The position numbers and the translations under genes were made by a program. A stretch of DNA of 55,996 nucleotides, from the NCBI GenBank assembly GCA_045631845.1, contig JAZQVM010000024.1, forward strand, positions 1 to 55,996, in the 5' to 3' direction. This DNA comes from Eubacteriales bacterium. GTDB taxonomy: Bacteria > Bacillota > Clostridia > Oscillospirales > UMGS1783. The notes below the pieces were generated by a model that did no database searches, was not told where the DNA came from, and worked only from the letters and a program-made list of their open reading frames with translations. Of the stretch, positions 28,286-37,666 are shown in pieces; the first letter of the stretch is position 1; every line of letters begins with the position of its first letter.

Positions 28286-28311
28286 ACATATTTTGGCTTG
28301 TGACATACACT
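28286..28311 (+). promoter_or_regulatory. Putative SigK-type mother-cell promoter
   Basis: AC (28286), 16 nt, CATACACT (28304-28311), matching AC-N16-CATANNNT. Confidence 0.5.
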
Positions 28312-28344
28312 ATTAGTGAGAAATACTTAGTGGGAGGCTAAAAT

Positions 28345-29199
28345 ATGGCTGAATATAAGGTTTTGCCGGGTCCGCTGACCGGTTGCGAAAGTCCCAAACA
28401 TGCGGTTTGTATCAGTGCCAAGCAGGTGTACGACTCTTGCCGTGACAAGGATTGCTTGGAAGATCTGCGAGTCTATCCGACGGCCTGTTCGCAGGCGGTG
28501 CTGGACCGTGCGATCAGTGTACGGGCAAAGGATTGCGAGATTCTTTGTTGCTATATCGATGTGGAAGAAGTCCCCTTCAATAACGGCTTCTACACCGTCG
28601 ATGCCAAATTCTTCTTCAAATGCCGCTTCGATGCCTTTTACGGCTGTGGCAATCCCCAACAGATCGAGGGTCTGTGTTGCTACAACAAGCGTGTGATCCT
28701 GTACGGCAGTCAGGGCGGCGCTCAGATCTTCTCCAGCACCTATCGAAACGATGCCAACGACCGTCAGGGGCGTATGCGTACCAACCTGCCGCAGGCGGTG
28801 GTCGAGGCGGTTGAACCCATGCCTCTGGCCAGTAAGGTGGTCGGATGCCACGACCGCTGCGGATGTTGCGATTTCGATATTTCAGCCTTGTCGGATAATA
28901 TTTGCCGCTGCTTTGACGGCGAGCTGGTCGATGACCGCAACGGCAATCGCCTGTATGTGACCTTGGGCTTGTTCTCGGTCATTCGTCTGGAGCGGGAAGC
29001 CCAAATGCTGGTGCCCAGTTACGACTATTATCTGCCCGAGAAAGAGTGCTCCGGCCCGTCGGAGGAGGAGCCTTGCCACTATTTCCGCAAGATCGCTTTC
29101 CCTGTCGATCAGTTCTCTCCGCCTCGCATGTATGACGGCGGTTGCGGTTGCAAACCCAAAGAGGATAAAAAAGACAAAAACGATTGTTGCCGTCGCTGA
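28345..29199 (+). CDS. Cysteine-rich protein, putative spore coat/exosporium component
   Basis: AVCI..KQVYDSCRDKDCLEDLRVY N-terminus, many Cys pairs, SigK-like promoter, monocistronic. Confidence 0.6.
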   Translation: MAEYKVLPGPLTGCESPKHAVCISAKQVYDSCRDKDCLEDLRVYPTACSQAVLDRAISVRAKDCEILCCYIDVEEVPFNNGFYTVDAKFFFKCRFDAFYGCGNPQQIEGLCCYNKRVILYGSQGGAQIFSSTYRNDANDRQGRMRTNLPQAVVEAVEPMPLASKVVGCHDRCGCCDFDISALSDNICRCFDGELVDDRNGNRLYVTLGLFSVIRLEREAQMLVPSYDYYLPEKECSGPSEEEPCHYFRKIAFPVDQFSPPRMYDGGCGCKPKEDKKDKNDCCRR

Positions 29200-29204
29200 T
29201 AAAA

Positions 29205-29234
29205 ATGAGGAAACTTCGGTTTCCTCTTTTTTTT
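29205..29234 (+). terminator. Intrinsic terminator
   Basis: GAGGAAAC-TTCG-GTTTCCTC followed by a T tract. Confidence 0.75.
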
Positions 29235-29263
29235 ATGGATATAGTAAATAGGAGGTGAAAAAT

Positions 29264-29965
29264 ATGAGCGATTTTATCCGCTTGGAACATGTGAGCAAAA
29301 TCTACGGCGAAAAAGAATCTCAAGTCTGCGCCCTCAACGATGTATCTCTTAGCGTTGATCAAGGCGAATTTGTGGCCATATTGGGCACATCGGGCAGTGG
29401 AAAAAGTACCTTGATGAACATGATCGGCGCCCTCGACCGCCCAACCCACGGCCGCTATTATTTTAACGGCCAGAACATCCTGCACTATACCGACCGCAAA
29501 CTGTCCGAGTACCGCAATCGGGTCATCGGTTTTATCTTCCAAGGCTTCCATCTCGACGGATCGCTGACTGCGTTGGAAAACGTCATGATGCCCCTCATTT
29601 ATGGCGGCGTGCCTAAGAAAAAACGGAGCGAGTTGGCCTATCAAGCCTTGGAGAGGGTGGGCTTGGGGGAACGGATCGAGCACCGTCCCTCCCAACTGTC
29701 GGGCGGGCAAAAACAACGGGTCTGCATCGCCCGTGCTCTGGTCAGTTGCCCGAAGGTAATTTTGGCCGATGAGCCGACGGGAAATCTTGACCGACAATCG
29801 GGCGAAATGGTTATGGACATCCTCACCGAGCTGTGGCAAGCCGGCTATACCGTCATTATGGTCACTCATAATAACGCTCAGGCCGAGCGTGCGGCGCGGA
29901 TTTTGGAAATATCCGACGGAAAAGTGTTGCGTGATGAGGTAACGCGTGGTAAAATAAACCTATAA
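29264..29965 (+). CDS. ABC transporter ATP-binding protein (LolD/MacB-type)
   Basis: [29 protein letters not shown] and MVTH motifs. Confidence 0.92.
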   Translation: MSDFIRLEHVSKIYGEKESQVCALNDVSLSVDQGEFVAILGTSGSGKSTLMNMIGALDRPTHGRYYFNGQNILHYTDRKLSEYRNRVIGFIFQGFHLDGSLTALENVMMPLIYGGVPKKKRSELAYQALERVGLGERIEHRPSQLSGGQKQRVCIARALVSCPKVILADEPTGNLDRQSGEMVMDILTELWQAGYTVIMVTHNNAQAERAARILEISDGKVLRDEVTRGKINL

Positions 29966-29984
29966 GTATGCGGAGGTTTGTGCT

Positions 29985-30653
29985 ATGCGTGGAAAACTGA
30001 TCGCCATCGACGGCGTGGACAGCAGCGGAAAAGGGTTGCAAACCCAATTATTATTGGAAGCTATGGAACATCAGGGGCTGGCCGTGCGCAAATTGCGCTT
30101 TCCGGTCTATGAGTCGGACTCCTCGGCGCTGGTTAAAATGTATTTGGCCGGCGAGATGGGGGGCGTGTCCGATGTCAACGGGTATGCCGCCTCCATCTTC
30201 TTTGCGGCCGATCGCTATGCTTCCTATAAGATGGATTGGGGTAAGCCCCTGCAGGATGGGCTGAACATGGTGTGCGACCGCTATGTGTCTTCCAACGCCA
30301 TTCATCAGGCGGTCAAGGTCCCGCAGGAGAATCGGGACGAATTTTTGGGCTGGGTTATGGATCTGGAATACGAGAAGATGGGCCTGCCTAAGCCCGATCT
30401 GACCATCTTTTTGGATATGCCCGTCGATGTGGCGCTGTCTTTGATGGACAAGCGGTACCACGGCGATGCCTCAAAGAAGGATATTCACGAGGCCGATCGG
30501 GACTACCTGCTGGCCTGCCACGAAGCGGCCGTGTGTGCGGCTGACCATTTTGGTTGGGCCCGTATCAACTGCGTGGAAAACGGCAAACTGTTCTCGCCCC
30601 ATACCATCCACGAGAAAATTATGGATCTGGTCGATCCGTTGTTTAAGGAGTAA
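29985..30653 (+). CDS. tmk: Thymidylate kinase
   Basis: IAIDGVDSSGK, FAADRY, CDRYVSSN and PDLTIFLD motifs. Confidence 0.88.
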   Translation: MRGKLIAIDGVDSSGKGLQTQLLLEAMEHQGLAVRKLRFPVYESDSSALVKMYLAGEMGGVSDVNGYAASIFFAADRYASYKMDWGKPLQDGLNMVCDRYVSSNAIHQAVKVPQENRDEFLGWVMDLEYEKMGLPKPDLTIFLDMPVDVALSLMDKRYHGDASKKDIHEADRDYLLACHEAAVCAADHFGWARINCVENGKLFSPHTIHEKIMDLVDPLFKE

Positions 30654-30657
30654 TCTC

Positions 30658-31197
30658 ATGATTTATGTGTTTTTAGCCAATGGCTTTGAGGAGATTGAGG
30701 CCATGTCGGTCATTGATATTCTGCGCCGTGCCGATCTGGAAGTTACCACCGTCGGCGTTGGCGGCGAGGAGATCACGGGTGCTCACGGCGTTACCGTGAG
30801 GGCGGATCTGCCTGCCAATCAGGCTGATTTTATTGATGTGGATCTGATGGTACTGCCCGGTGGCCAGCCCGGTGCGGATAACCTCACCGAAAGTGCCGAT
30901 GTCCAGCGATGCATCGATCTGTGTTTGGAGTACCGTGTGCCCATGGCGGCCATCTGTGCCGCACCCATGGTCTTTGGGCGCAAGGGGTTACTGGATGGTA
31001 AGAAGGCCACCTGTTATCCCGGTTGTGAGGGTGGCATGGGCAAGGCCGAGGTGACGGGCAAAGAGGTGGAGATCGATGATCTGTTTATTACCTCCAAAGG
31101 CCCTGCCACGGCACAGATGTTCGCCTTTACCCTCGTTGGTTTGATGAAAGGCCGCGATACGGTCGATGAGATCTGCAAGGGGATGCTCTATTGCTAA
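30658..31197 (+). CDS. DJ-1/PfpI (YajL/ThiJ) family protein
   Basis: FLANGFEEIEA, VLPGG, AAICAAP, ATCYPG and ITSKGPATA. Confidence 0.92.
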   Translation: MIYVFLANGFEEIEAMSVIDILRRADLEVTTVGVGGEEITGAHGVTVRADLPANQADFIDVDLMVLPGGQPGADNLTESADVQRCIDLCLEYRVPMAAICAAPMVFGRKGLLDGKKATCYPGCEGGMGKAEVTGKEVEIDDLFITSKGPATAQMFAFTLVGLMKGRDTVDEICKGMLYC

Positions 31198-31700
31198 AAA
31201 GAGAGTGGCGTCGGCAACTGCGGGCGCAGTATGCGGCGGTAGCCCCCTGCGATCTGTCCGAGGCGGTGCGGGCTTTGCCTGCCTATCGGTCGGCACAAAC
31301 GGTGGCGCTGTATATGGCCAATGGCTTTGAAGTATCGGTGAGCGGCTTGATCAAAGATGCGAATAAGACCGTCCTGTTGCCTCGGTGCGAGGAGTCGGGA
31401 ATGGTCTTTTGCCGTTATGACGGAAATCTCGCCCCCGATCGGTTTGGAATTTTAGCGCCTACCACACCCCCGTGGCGGGAAAAGATCGATTTAATGATCG
31501 TGCCGGCGCTGGCCTTTGATAAAAAGGGCGGTCGTTTGGGGCGAGGCGGCGGGTTTTATGACCGTGCCTTGGCCGAACATGACGGGGTGAGCATAGGCGT
31601 AATACGGGAAGCCTTTTTATTGGATGAAGTACCCATGGAAGATCATGACCGTCGGGTCGGTCATATCGTAACCGAAAAAGGAGTCTATACCTTTCTATGA
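31191..31700 (+). CDS. 5-formyltetrahydrofolate cyclo-ligase
   Basis: IDLMIVPALAFD..GGRLGRGGGFYDR and EDHD...IVTE motifs. Confidence 0.92.
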   Translation: MLKREWRRQLRAQYAAVAPCDLSEAVRALPAYRSAQTVALYMANGFEVSVSGLIKDANKTVLLPRCEESGMVFCRYDGNLAPDRFGILAPTTPPWREKIDLMIVPALAFDKKGGRLGRGGGFYDRALAEHDGVSIGVIREAFLLDEVPMEDHDRRVGHIVTEKGVYTFL

Positions 31701-32578
31701 AACAAAAACATTTGGAACAAAAAACAGGACTGATCGCCGTTGGCATCTTTGTGGTGCTGGTGCTTTTTGAGGCGGTCGGGCCGTTGATCCTGCCAGAGAA
31801 TGATGGGATGTATTATTATGTGGCCGCTATTTTTACGGCGGTAATATTATTGGTAGCATCCATTCTCACGGCCAAGGTACATAAACAGAAAGCGGGAGAA
31901 TTTTTCCGGCTGAAAATCTTTCGGTTGCGCTGGTTGCCCATCACGATTACGGGTGCGGGTGCGGCCATGCTGGGGGCGGCGCTGATCAATCTGGCTCTGT
32001 CCAACATCGGTCTGCCCGATTGGATGATGCCACAGGTACAAAATCCCTTTGCCGCCGGCGTATCCGATCCGATTGCGCCCTTCTTGGCATTGGTCATTGT
32101 GCCGGCTATCTTTGAAGAACTCTTTATTCACGGAGCGGCTATGAGTGCCTTCCGTGGCCGTGGCGAATTTGCCGCTGTTATGTATACGTCGCTTTTATTT
32201 TCCATGTTGCACGGGTCGGTTACTAACCTGTTTGGAACCTTTTTTGCGGCGGTCATTTACGGGTATATGACGGTGGTGTGCGGCTCGGTATATCCGGCTA
32301 TGTTGGCGCATTTGCTTAATAATCTGCTGTCGGGTACCATTACCATGTACGGACAGAACTTTTTTAATATCGGCTACAATACCTATTTCCTGTTTGCGGC
32401 GGCTATCTTGTTTTTGGTGTGCGCATTTTTCTATTTGGGCTCATTGGAAAAATATTTCCGTCGCCACTGCTTGGATAAGCCTACAAAAGGAGGCTTGTTG
32501 CCAATTCCTGCCTTTGTGCCGATATTCGCCTTGTTGTGGGTTGCAAAAATTGTCTTGTCGATATATAATATTTTATAA
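31697..32578 (+). CDS. CPBP/Abi family intramembrane metalloprotease
   Basis: PAIFEELF, LFSMLH and AHLLNN motifs, multiple TM segments. Confidence 0.85.
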   Translation: MKQKHLEQKTGLIAVGIFVVLVLFEAVGPLILPENDGMYYYVAAIFTAVILLVASILTAKVHKQKAGEFFRLKIFRLRWLPITITGAGAAMLGAALINLALSNIGLPDWMMPQVQNPFAAGVSDPIAPFLALVIVPAIFEELFIHGAAMSAFRGRGEFAAVMYTSLLFSMLHGSVTNLFGTFFAAVIYGYMTVVCGSVYPAMLAHLLNNLLSGTITMYGQNFFNIGYNTYFLFAAAILFLVCAFFYLGSLEKYFRRHCLDKPTKGGLLPIPAFVPIFALLWVAKIVLSIYNIL

Positions 32579-32581
32579 GGC

Positions 32582-32614
32582 AAGCGCCCTGCGTTTGACG
32601 CAGGGCGCTTTTTT
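32582..32614. terminator. Terminator hairpin between convergent genes
   Basis: AAGCGCCCTGCGT-TTG-ACGCAGGGCGCTT followed by a T tract. Confidence 0.75.
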
Positions 32615-32625
32615 ATGACTTGCGC

Positions 32626-32751
32626 TTAGCAGCCGCAGCCACAGCCGCTACGGCCGTTGTTGTTGCAGGCAAGGATCCACACCAAGAACAGAATGATGAT
32701 GATCCAGAGCCAGTCGTTTCCTTCGAACAGATTGCATAAGCAGTTATTCAT
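32626..32751 (-). CDS. 41-aa hydrophobic Cys/Gly-rich small protein, putative spore protein (not in ORF track)
   Basis: MNNCLCNLFEGNDWLWIIIILFLVWILACNNNGRSGCGCGC; RBS GAAAGAGGTG; SigK-like promoter upstream. Confidence 0.8.
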   Translation of the reverse strand: MNNCLCNLFEGNDWLWIIIILFLVWILACNNNGRSGCGCGC

Positions 32752-32782
32752 AAGTTAGCACCTCTTTCTTAGTCTTCACTAC

Positions 32783-32809
32783 TATCATATGTAAAACGGA
32801 GAATTTGGT
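32783..32809 (-). promoter_or_regulatory. Putative SigK-type promoter of the 41-aa ORF
   Basis: Minus strand AC, 16 nt, CATATGAT. Confidence 0.5.
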
Positions 32810-32822
32810 GCAGGAGGTAAGA

Positions 32823-33827
32823 ATGAAAAAAAGTATAAAAATTTTGATTGCTGCGGCGGCGATGGTTGTGTTGATTTCCACTGCTGTGATCGGCTATGTG
32901 TTTGCCGAGATTGCCGCCGTTGGCCGTAAGGACGGTGAGGTAACGGTCGAGATCCCTCAAGGGGCAGGCGCATCGGTCATTGGCCGTGTTTTGCAGGAGA
33001 ACGGCGTGATCGGCAATGCCTTTATTTTCCGTCTGTATACCTATGGAAAAAATTATGCCTTCCAGTACGGTACCTTTACCCTTGATCCGTCGGATGGCTA
33101 TGATGCCTTGATCGAGGATCTCCAGCAGACACAGGCGCTTCGGGACACCGTCACGCTGACCGTGCCCGAGGGGACGGAAGTGCGTGAAATTGTCGATATG
33201 CTGGTGGAACTGGAACTGGGCACTAAGGAAGAGATTAAGCAGATTATCAATACCTACGCCTTTGATTTTCCGCTCCTCTCGCAGATGCCTACCGATACCG
33301 AATATCGGTTAGAGGGGTATTTATTCCCCGATACCTATCAGGTGTATAAAGAGGCATCGGCTGAAAATATTGCTTCCATCATTCAGCGTATGCTGGATAA
33401 TTTCCAGAGCAAGACGGCCGACCTGCAGGCGCAGGCGGGCGGGGACTTTAATGAGATTATCATTTTAGCCTCCATTATTGAGAGAGAGGGGCAGAAGGCG
33501 GAGGAGTTACCGCTTGTGTCTTCGGTTTTCCATAATCGCATCAATCAGGGCATTAAATTGGAGAGTTGCGCTACGGTACAATATATATTAGAGGAGCGCA
33601 AACCGATCCTGTCTTGGGCGGATACCGAGATTGACAATCCGTATAATACCTATATGTATGAAGGCTTAACGCCGGGGCCGATCGCCAACCCCGGACTGGC
33701 GGCTATCAAAGCGGCCATGAATCCCGCCACCAGCGATTATCTGTTCTTTGTGGCAAACAGTGACGGGAGCCATTTGTTCGGCCGCACCTATCAGGAGCAT
33801 TTGAATAATATCGAGGCTGTTTCTTAA
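32823..33827 (+). CDS. mltG: Endolytic transglycosylase MltG
   Basis: TVPEG, LEGYLFPDTY, LASIIERE, SVFHNR and YNTY.YEGL.PGPIANPG. Confidence 0.95.
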   Translation: MKKSIKILIAAAAMVVLISTAVIGYVFAEIAAVGRKDGEVTVEIPQGAGASVIGRVLQENGVIGNAFIFRLYTYGKNYAFQYGTFTLDPSDGYDALIEDLQQTQALRDTVTLTVPEGTEVREIVDMLVELELGTKEEIKQIINTYAFDFPLLSQMPTDTEYRLEGYLFPDTYQVYKEASAENIASIIQRMLDNFQSKTADLQAQAGGDFNEIIILASIIEREGQKAEELPLVSSVFHNRINQGIKLESCATVQYILEERKPILSWADTEIDNPYNTYMYEGLTPGPIANPGLAAIKAAMNPATSDYLFFVANSDGSHLFGRTYQEHLNNIEAVS

Positions 33828-34477
33828 TGAAAGAGATACAAGAACCCTATATCGGTCGGTTTGTGGATGGGTTTTATGCAGACCACCAAGGACAATTAGG
33901 TGAGTTAGAGCGCCAAGTGCGGGCGGAAGGATTGCCTGTGGCCCGTCGGGATGTCATTGCCCTGCTTGAATTTATATGTAAAACCTCCCGCCCCAAACGG
34001 ATTTTGGAGATTGGGACCTGCGTCGGGTTTTCGGCGCTGGTTATGCGTTCGGTTTGCCCGATGGATACGCAGATTACAACGGTGGATCGGTATGAGTATA
34101 TGATCGCCCGTGCCAAGGAAAATTTTAAAGCCTTTGCGGCCGAGAATATCTCATTGATCGAGGGGCAGGCCGCCGAGGTGTTGCCGCAGTTAACAGGGCC
34201 GTATGATCTGATCTTTTTGGATGCGGCCAAGGCGCAGTATCCTCGGTTTTTGCCCGAATGTGTGCGGCTGTTGGAGAAGGGCGGCATCTTTATTGCCGAT
34301 AATGTGCTGTGTGGCGGTATCGTGGCGGGCGCTCCTTTGGAGAGTCGGCGCGACAAAACGACGGTGACCCGTATGCACGAATTTTTAGAGAAGGTGAAAA
34401 GCGATGAGCGGCTGACGGCGCAGGCGTTACTGCCCGTTGGGGACGGCGTGGTGCTTTTCAGAAAGAAGGAACAATGA
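33827..34477 (+). CDS. O-methyltransferase (YrrM/TrmR-like)
   Basis: ILEIGTCVGFS, DLIFLDAAKAQY and IADNV; synteny mltG-MTase-U32. Confidence 0.88.
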   Translation: MKEIQEPYIGRFVDGFYADHQGQLGELERQVRAEGLPVARRDVIALLEFICKTSRPKRILEIGTCVGFSALVMRSVCPMDTQITTVDRYEYMIARAKENFKAFAAENISLIEGQAAEVLPQLTGPYDLIFLDAAKAQYPRFLPECVRLLEKGGIFIADNVLCGGIVAGAPLESRRDKTTVTRMHEFLEKVKSDERLTAQALLPVGDGVVLFRKKEQ

Positions 34478-35706
34478 AAAAGGCAGAACTGCTGGCACCG
34501 GCCGGCGATCTGGAAAAATTATATACCGCCATCGACTATGGTGCCGATGCCGTTTATACCGGCGGAGAGATGTTCTCCCTGCGCACCGCCTGTGATAATT
34601 TCTCGGTGGACGACATGGCCAAGGGCGTGGAGTATGCCCACCGCTTTGGCAAAAAGGTCTATCTGGCCTGCAACTGTTTTCCGCATAATCATGAGATTGC
34701 CCTCCTGCCCGAGTATATTCAAAACATGGCGCAGACGGGGATTGATGGGTGTATTGTCAGCGATCTGGGGTCGTTCTCGGTTATTCGGGAAACCTGTCCC
34801 GATTTGAAGGTGCACATTTCTACCCAAGCCAGTACCGCCAATTATGCTTCCTGTATGGCGTGGTATCGGTTGGGGGCTAAGCGTATCGTACTGTCAAGAG
34901 AACTGAGTTTGCGGGAGATTACCGAGATTCGCCGACGGATTCCTGCCGATGTGGAATTGGAAACCTTTGTGCACGGTGCGGTCTGCGTGTCCCATTCGGG
35001 GCGGTGTTTGCTTAGTGATTATATGGCCGGCCGCAGTGCCAACCGTGGCGATTGCGCCCATTCCTGCCGCTGGAAATATGCCTTGGTCGAGGAGCAACGC
35101 CCTGGGCAGTATATGCCTATTAGTGAAACCGATACCGGCACCTTTATCATGAATTCCAAAGATCTCAATATGATCCGTCACCTGCCCGAAATGCTCATGG
35201 CGGGGATCGATTCGCTCAAAATTGAGGGGCGGGTCAAGAGTTCCTATTACGTGGCCTCGATCGTGTCGGCCTATCGCCGCGCCCTCGATACCTTCTATGA
35301 GGATATGGACGAATATATGGAGAAGCGGGACGAATTTTTCGAGGATACTTGCAAGGTCAGCCATCGGGAGTATTTTACCGGCTTCTTTTTGGAAGATCCC
35401 AAGCGTGAGGGTCAGCAGTACGGCAGTGCCAGTTATATTAGGGACTGGGAGGTTTGTGCGCAGGTATTGCGGTATGATGCTTTGCGGGGGTTGGCGTTGT
35501 GCGAACAGCGCAACAAATTCTTCCAAGGCGATACGCTGGAAGCCCTTTATCCGCAAGGGGATCGAATCACCTTTGATGCCGATGTGCTATTAGATGAACA
35601 GTATCAGCCGATTGCTTCGACACCCCATGCCGCCATGCGCTTCTATGTGAAAGTACCTAAGATGCTACCCAAGGGCGCTTACCTGCGGCGGCAGTTGAGA
35701 AAGTAA
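34474..35706 (+). CDS. U32 family peptidase (YrrO/TrhP-like tRNA hydroxylation protein)
   Basis: ELLAPAG, HISTQA, FVHGAVC.SHSGRCLLS, NRGDCAHSCRW and SLKIEGR. Confidence 0.92.
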   Translation: MKKAELLAPAGDLEKLYTAIDYGADAVYTGGEMFSLRTACDNFSVDDMAKGVEYAHRFGKKVYLACNCFPHNHEIALLPEYIQNMAQTGIDGCIVSDLGSFSVIRETCPDLKVHISTQASTANYASCMAWYRLGAKRIVLSRELSLREITEIRRRIPADVELETFVHGAVCVSHSGRCLLSDYMAGRSANRGDCAHSCRWKYALVEEQRPGQYMPISETDTGTFIMNSKDLNMIRHLPEMLMAGIDSLKIEGRVKSSYYVASIVSAYRRALDTFYEDMDEYMEKRDEFFEDTCKVSHREYFTGFFLEDPKREGQQYGSASYIRDWEVCAQVLRYDALRGLALCEQRNKFFQGDTLEALYPQGDRITFDADVLLDEQYQPIASTPHAAMRFYVKVPKMLPKGAYLRRQLRK

Positions 35707-35707
35707 T

Positions 35708-35971
35708 ATGTGGTGGTATCTGTTAGGGATTTCAGCGGTGGCGATGGTGGTGACCGTGTATGATAAATGGGCGGCCAATCATCGACCAAAACACCGCACA
35801 CCCGAACGAACGCTATGGTTGCTGGCCATTCTCGGCGGGAGTGGGGCTATGTGGTTGACCATGCTATGGATTCGTCATAAAACCAAACATCGGTCGTTTA
35901 TGATAGGGTTGCCGCTGTTAATTTTGGCGCAAATTGCCCTTATTTTTGCAATTTTTCAAGCCGTTTTTTAA
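35708..35971 (+). CDS. DUF1294 family membrane protein
   Basis: YDKWAA...RTPERTL...GGSGA...RHKTKH. Confidence 0.88.
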   Translation: MWWYLLGISAVAMVVTVYDKWAANHRPKHRTPERTLWLLAILGGSGAMWLTMLWIRHKTKHRSFMIGLPLLILAQIALIFAIFQAVF

Positions 35972-36023
35972 GAAAAACGGCTTATTTTTTTGCGTTTGGG
36001 CATACTTTTATGGGTGATTTTGC

Positions 36024-37643
36024 TTGAAAAAACGCATGTTAATTTCATTTTTTATCATTTTATCTTTCTTTGTTGCTGTTGCTGGACGGCTGGTGTATCT
36101 GTCGGGCGGGCGGGAGATTGCCCAGTATGCGAGTGTGACAGGAAGCCGTGTCATATCCGTAGGCATCAACGAGGCACGGGGTGTGATTTATGACCGCAAC
36201 GGTGTCCCATTGGTGGGCGGCGAGGAGCGGGATGCGGTGCTGTGCGAGCCGATGTCCTTGGATGAAGAATCGGCTGAACGGTTGCGTCAATACGCCATGG
36301 ATATGACAGCCGAGGAGTTGGATCAGGCCATCTCGTCGGGCCGTCCCTTTTTGGCGTATGTAAATGAGCCGATTACGGGGCGGGGCTTGACGGGATTGCG
36401 GGCCTTGGCGCGGTACGGCGGGCTGGCGCAACATCTGATGGGGTATCTGGACAGTGCGGGGCATGGCGTGGTTGGGATTGAGGCGGCCATGGATGAGCCG
36501 TTGTATGCCGAGGGGTATTCCTATACGGCTCTGTTCACTTCCGATGCGGCACGTCGAGCGTTGTCGGGATACGGCATCGCCTTTGAGGGGAGTGCACAGC
36601 CGATAAAAAAGGGCGTTACGCTGAGTTTGGATCGGGAGATACAAGAAGTATGCGAAGCGGTGGCGCAAGAAAAGGTGGAGCGTGGTGTCATCTTAGTCAG
36701 CGATGTAAGAAGCGGGCAGATTTGCGCATGGGTGTCCCGTCCAACCTATGATCCCTTACGGGTGGAGGAGTATTTAGAGCAGGGGGATGCCATGCTCAAC
36801 AAGGCGTTACATGCCTACTGTTGCGGGTCGATATTTAAAATTATTGTGACGGCGGCGGCATTGGAGGCGGGCGTCGAGTTGCCGCAGGAATATGAGTGTA
36901 CGGGCGCTTTTGCGGCGGGGGAGCATACGATTTCCTGTGCCAAGACGGAGGGGCATGGGGTGGTAGATGCTACGGCGGCTTTTGCCCAGAGTTGCAATCC
37001 CTATTTTTGTCATTTGGCATCCCTGGTGGGGGCGCAGGGTGTGCTGGAGATGGCCGAGGAATTCGGCCTTGGGCAGGCGATAGACTTTGGCTACGGGATC
37101 AAGGCGGCCGAGGGACGGCTGCCCGCCTTGCAGGATTTGTCGGTAGCGGCGGCGTTGGCGAATTTCGCCATCGGACAAGGGGATTTGCAGGTAACGCCCT
37201 TGCAGGTGTTGGAGATTGGTTCGATCCTTGCCAATGGGGGTGTGGGGCGGCCGGTGCATGTGTTTGAGGGGATACTGGATGAGTCGGGAAAAAGCACTTC
37301 ACTTTTGAGTAAGAAATCGTCCTTGCGTGTGATTTCGGAAGGTACGGCGATGCAGATACGGGATATGATGGTAGCCTCGACGCAGGGTGGTTCGGGCACG
37401 CCGGCGGCGGCCTCGGTCTATCACAGTGCGGTCAAGACCTCCTCGGCCGAGACGGGCATTTATGAGAACGGTAAGCAGGTGTTGCATACCTGGGTGACGG
37501 GATTTTATCCGGCGGAGGATCCGCAATATGCCATTGCGGTATTGGTAGAAGGAGGAAAAAGCGGGTATAGCAGTGCGGCGCCGGTATTTGGAATGATTGT
37601 TGATCGAATGTACGGTTGCGGATTGATTGAACCTGTGATATAA
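36024..37643 (+). CDS. Class B penicillin-binding protein (SpoVD/PbpI-like)
   Basis: N-terminal TM, RG.IYDRNG, GSIFK (SXXK), QSCN (SXN), IGQG.LQVTPLQ; third motif reads KTS. Confidence 0.85.
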   Translation: MKKRMLISFFIILSFFVAVAGRLVYLSGGREIAQYASVTGSRVISVGINEARGVIYDRNGVPLVGGEERDAVLCEPMSLDEESAERLRQYAMDMTAEELDQAISSGRPFLAYVNEPITGRGLTGLRALARYGGLAQHLMGYLDSAGHGVVGIEAAMDEPLYAEGYSYTALFTSDAARRALSGYGIAFEGSAQPIKKGVTLSLDREIQEVCEAVAQEKVERGVILVSDVRSGQICAWVSRPTYDPLRVEEYLEQGDAMLNKALHAYCCGSIFKIIVTAAALEAGVELPQEYECTGAFAAGEHTISCAKTEGHGVVDATAAFAQSCNPYFCHLASLVGAQGVLEMAEEFGLGQAIDFGYGIKAAEGRLPALQDLSVAAALANFAIGQGDLQVTPLQVLEIGSILANGGVGRPVHVFEGILDESGKSTSLLSKKSSLRVISEGTAMQIRDMMVASTQGGSGTPAAASVYHSAVKTSSAETGIYENGKQVLHTWVTGFYPAEDPQYAIAVLVEGGKSGYSSAAPVFGMIVDRMYGCGLIEPVI

Positions 37644-37666
37644 TATACAGGATAGGAGGGGAGAGT

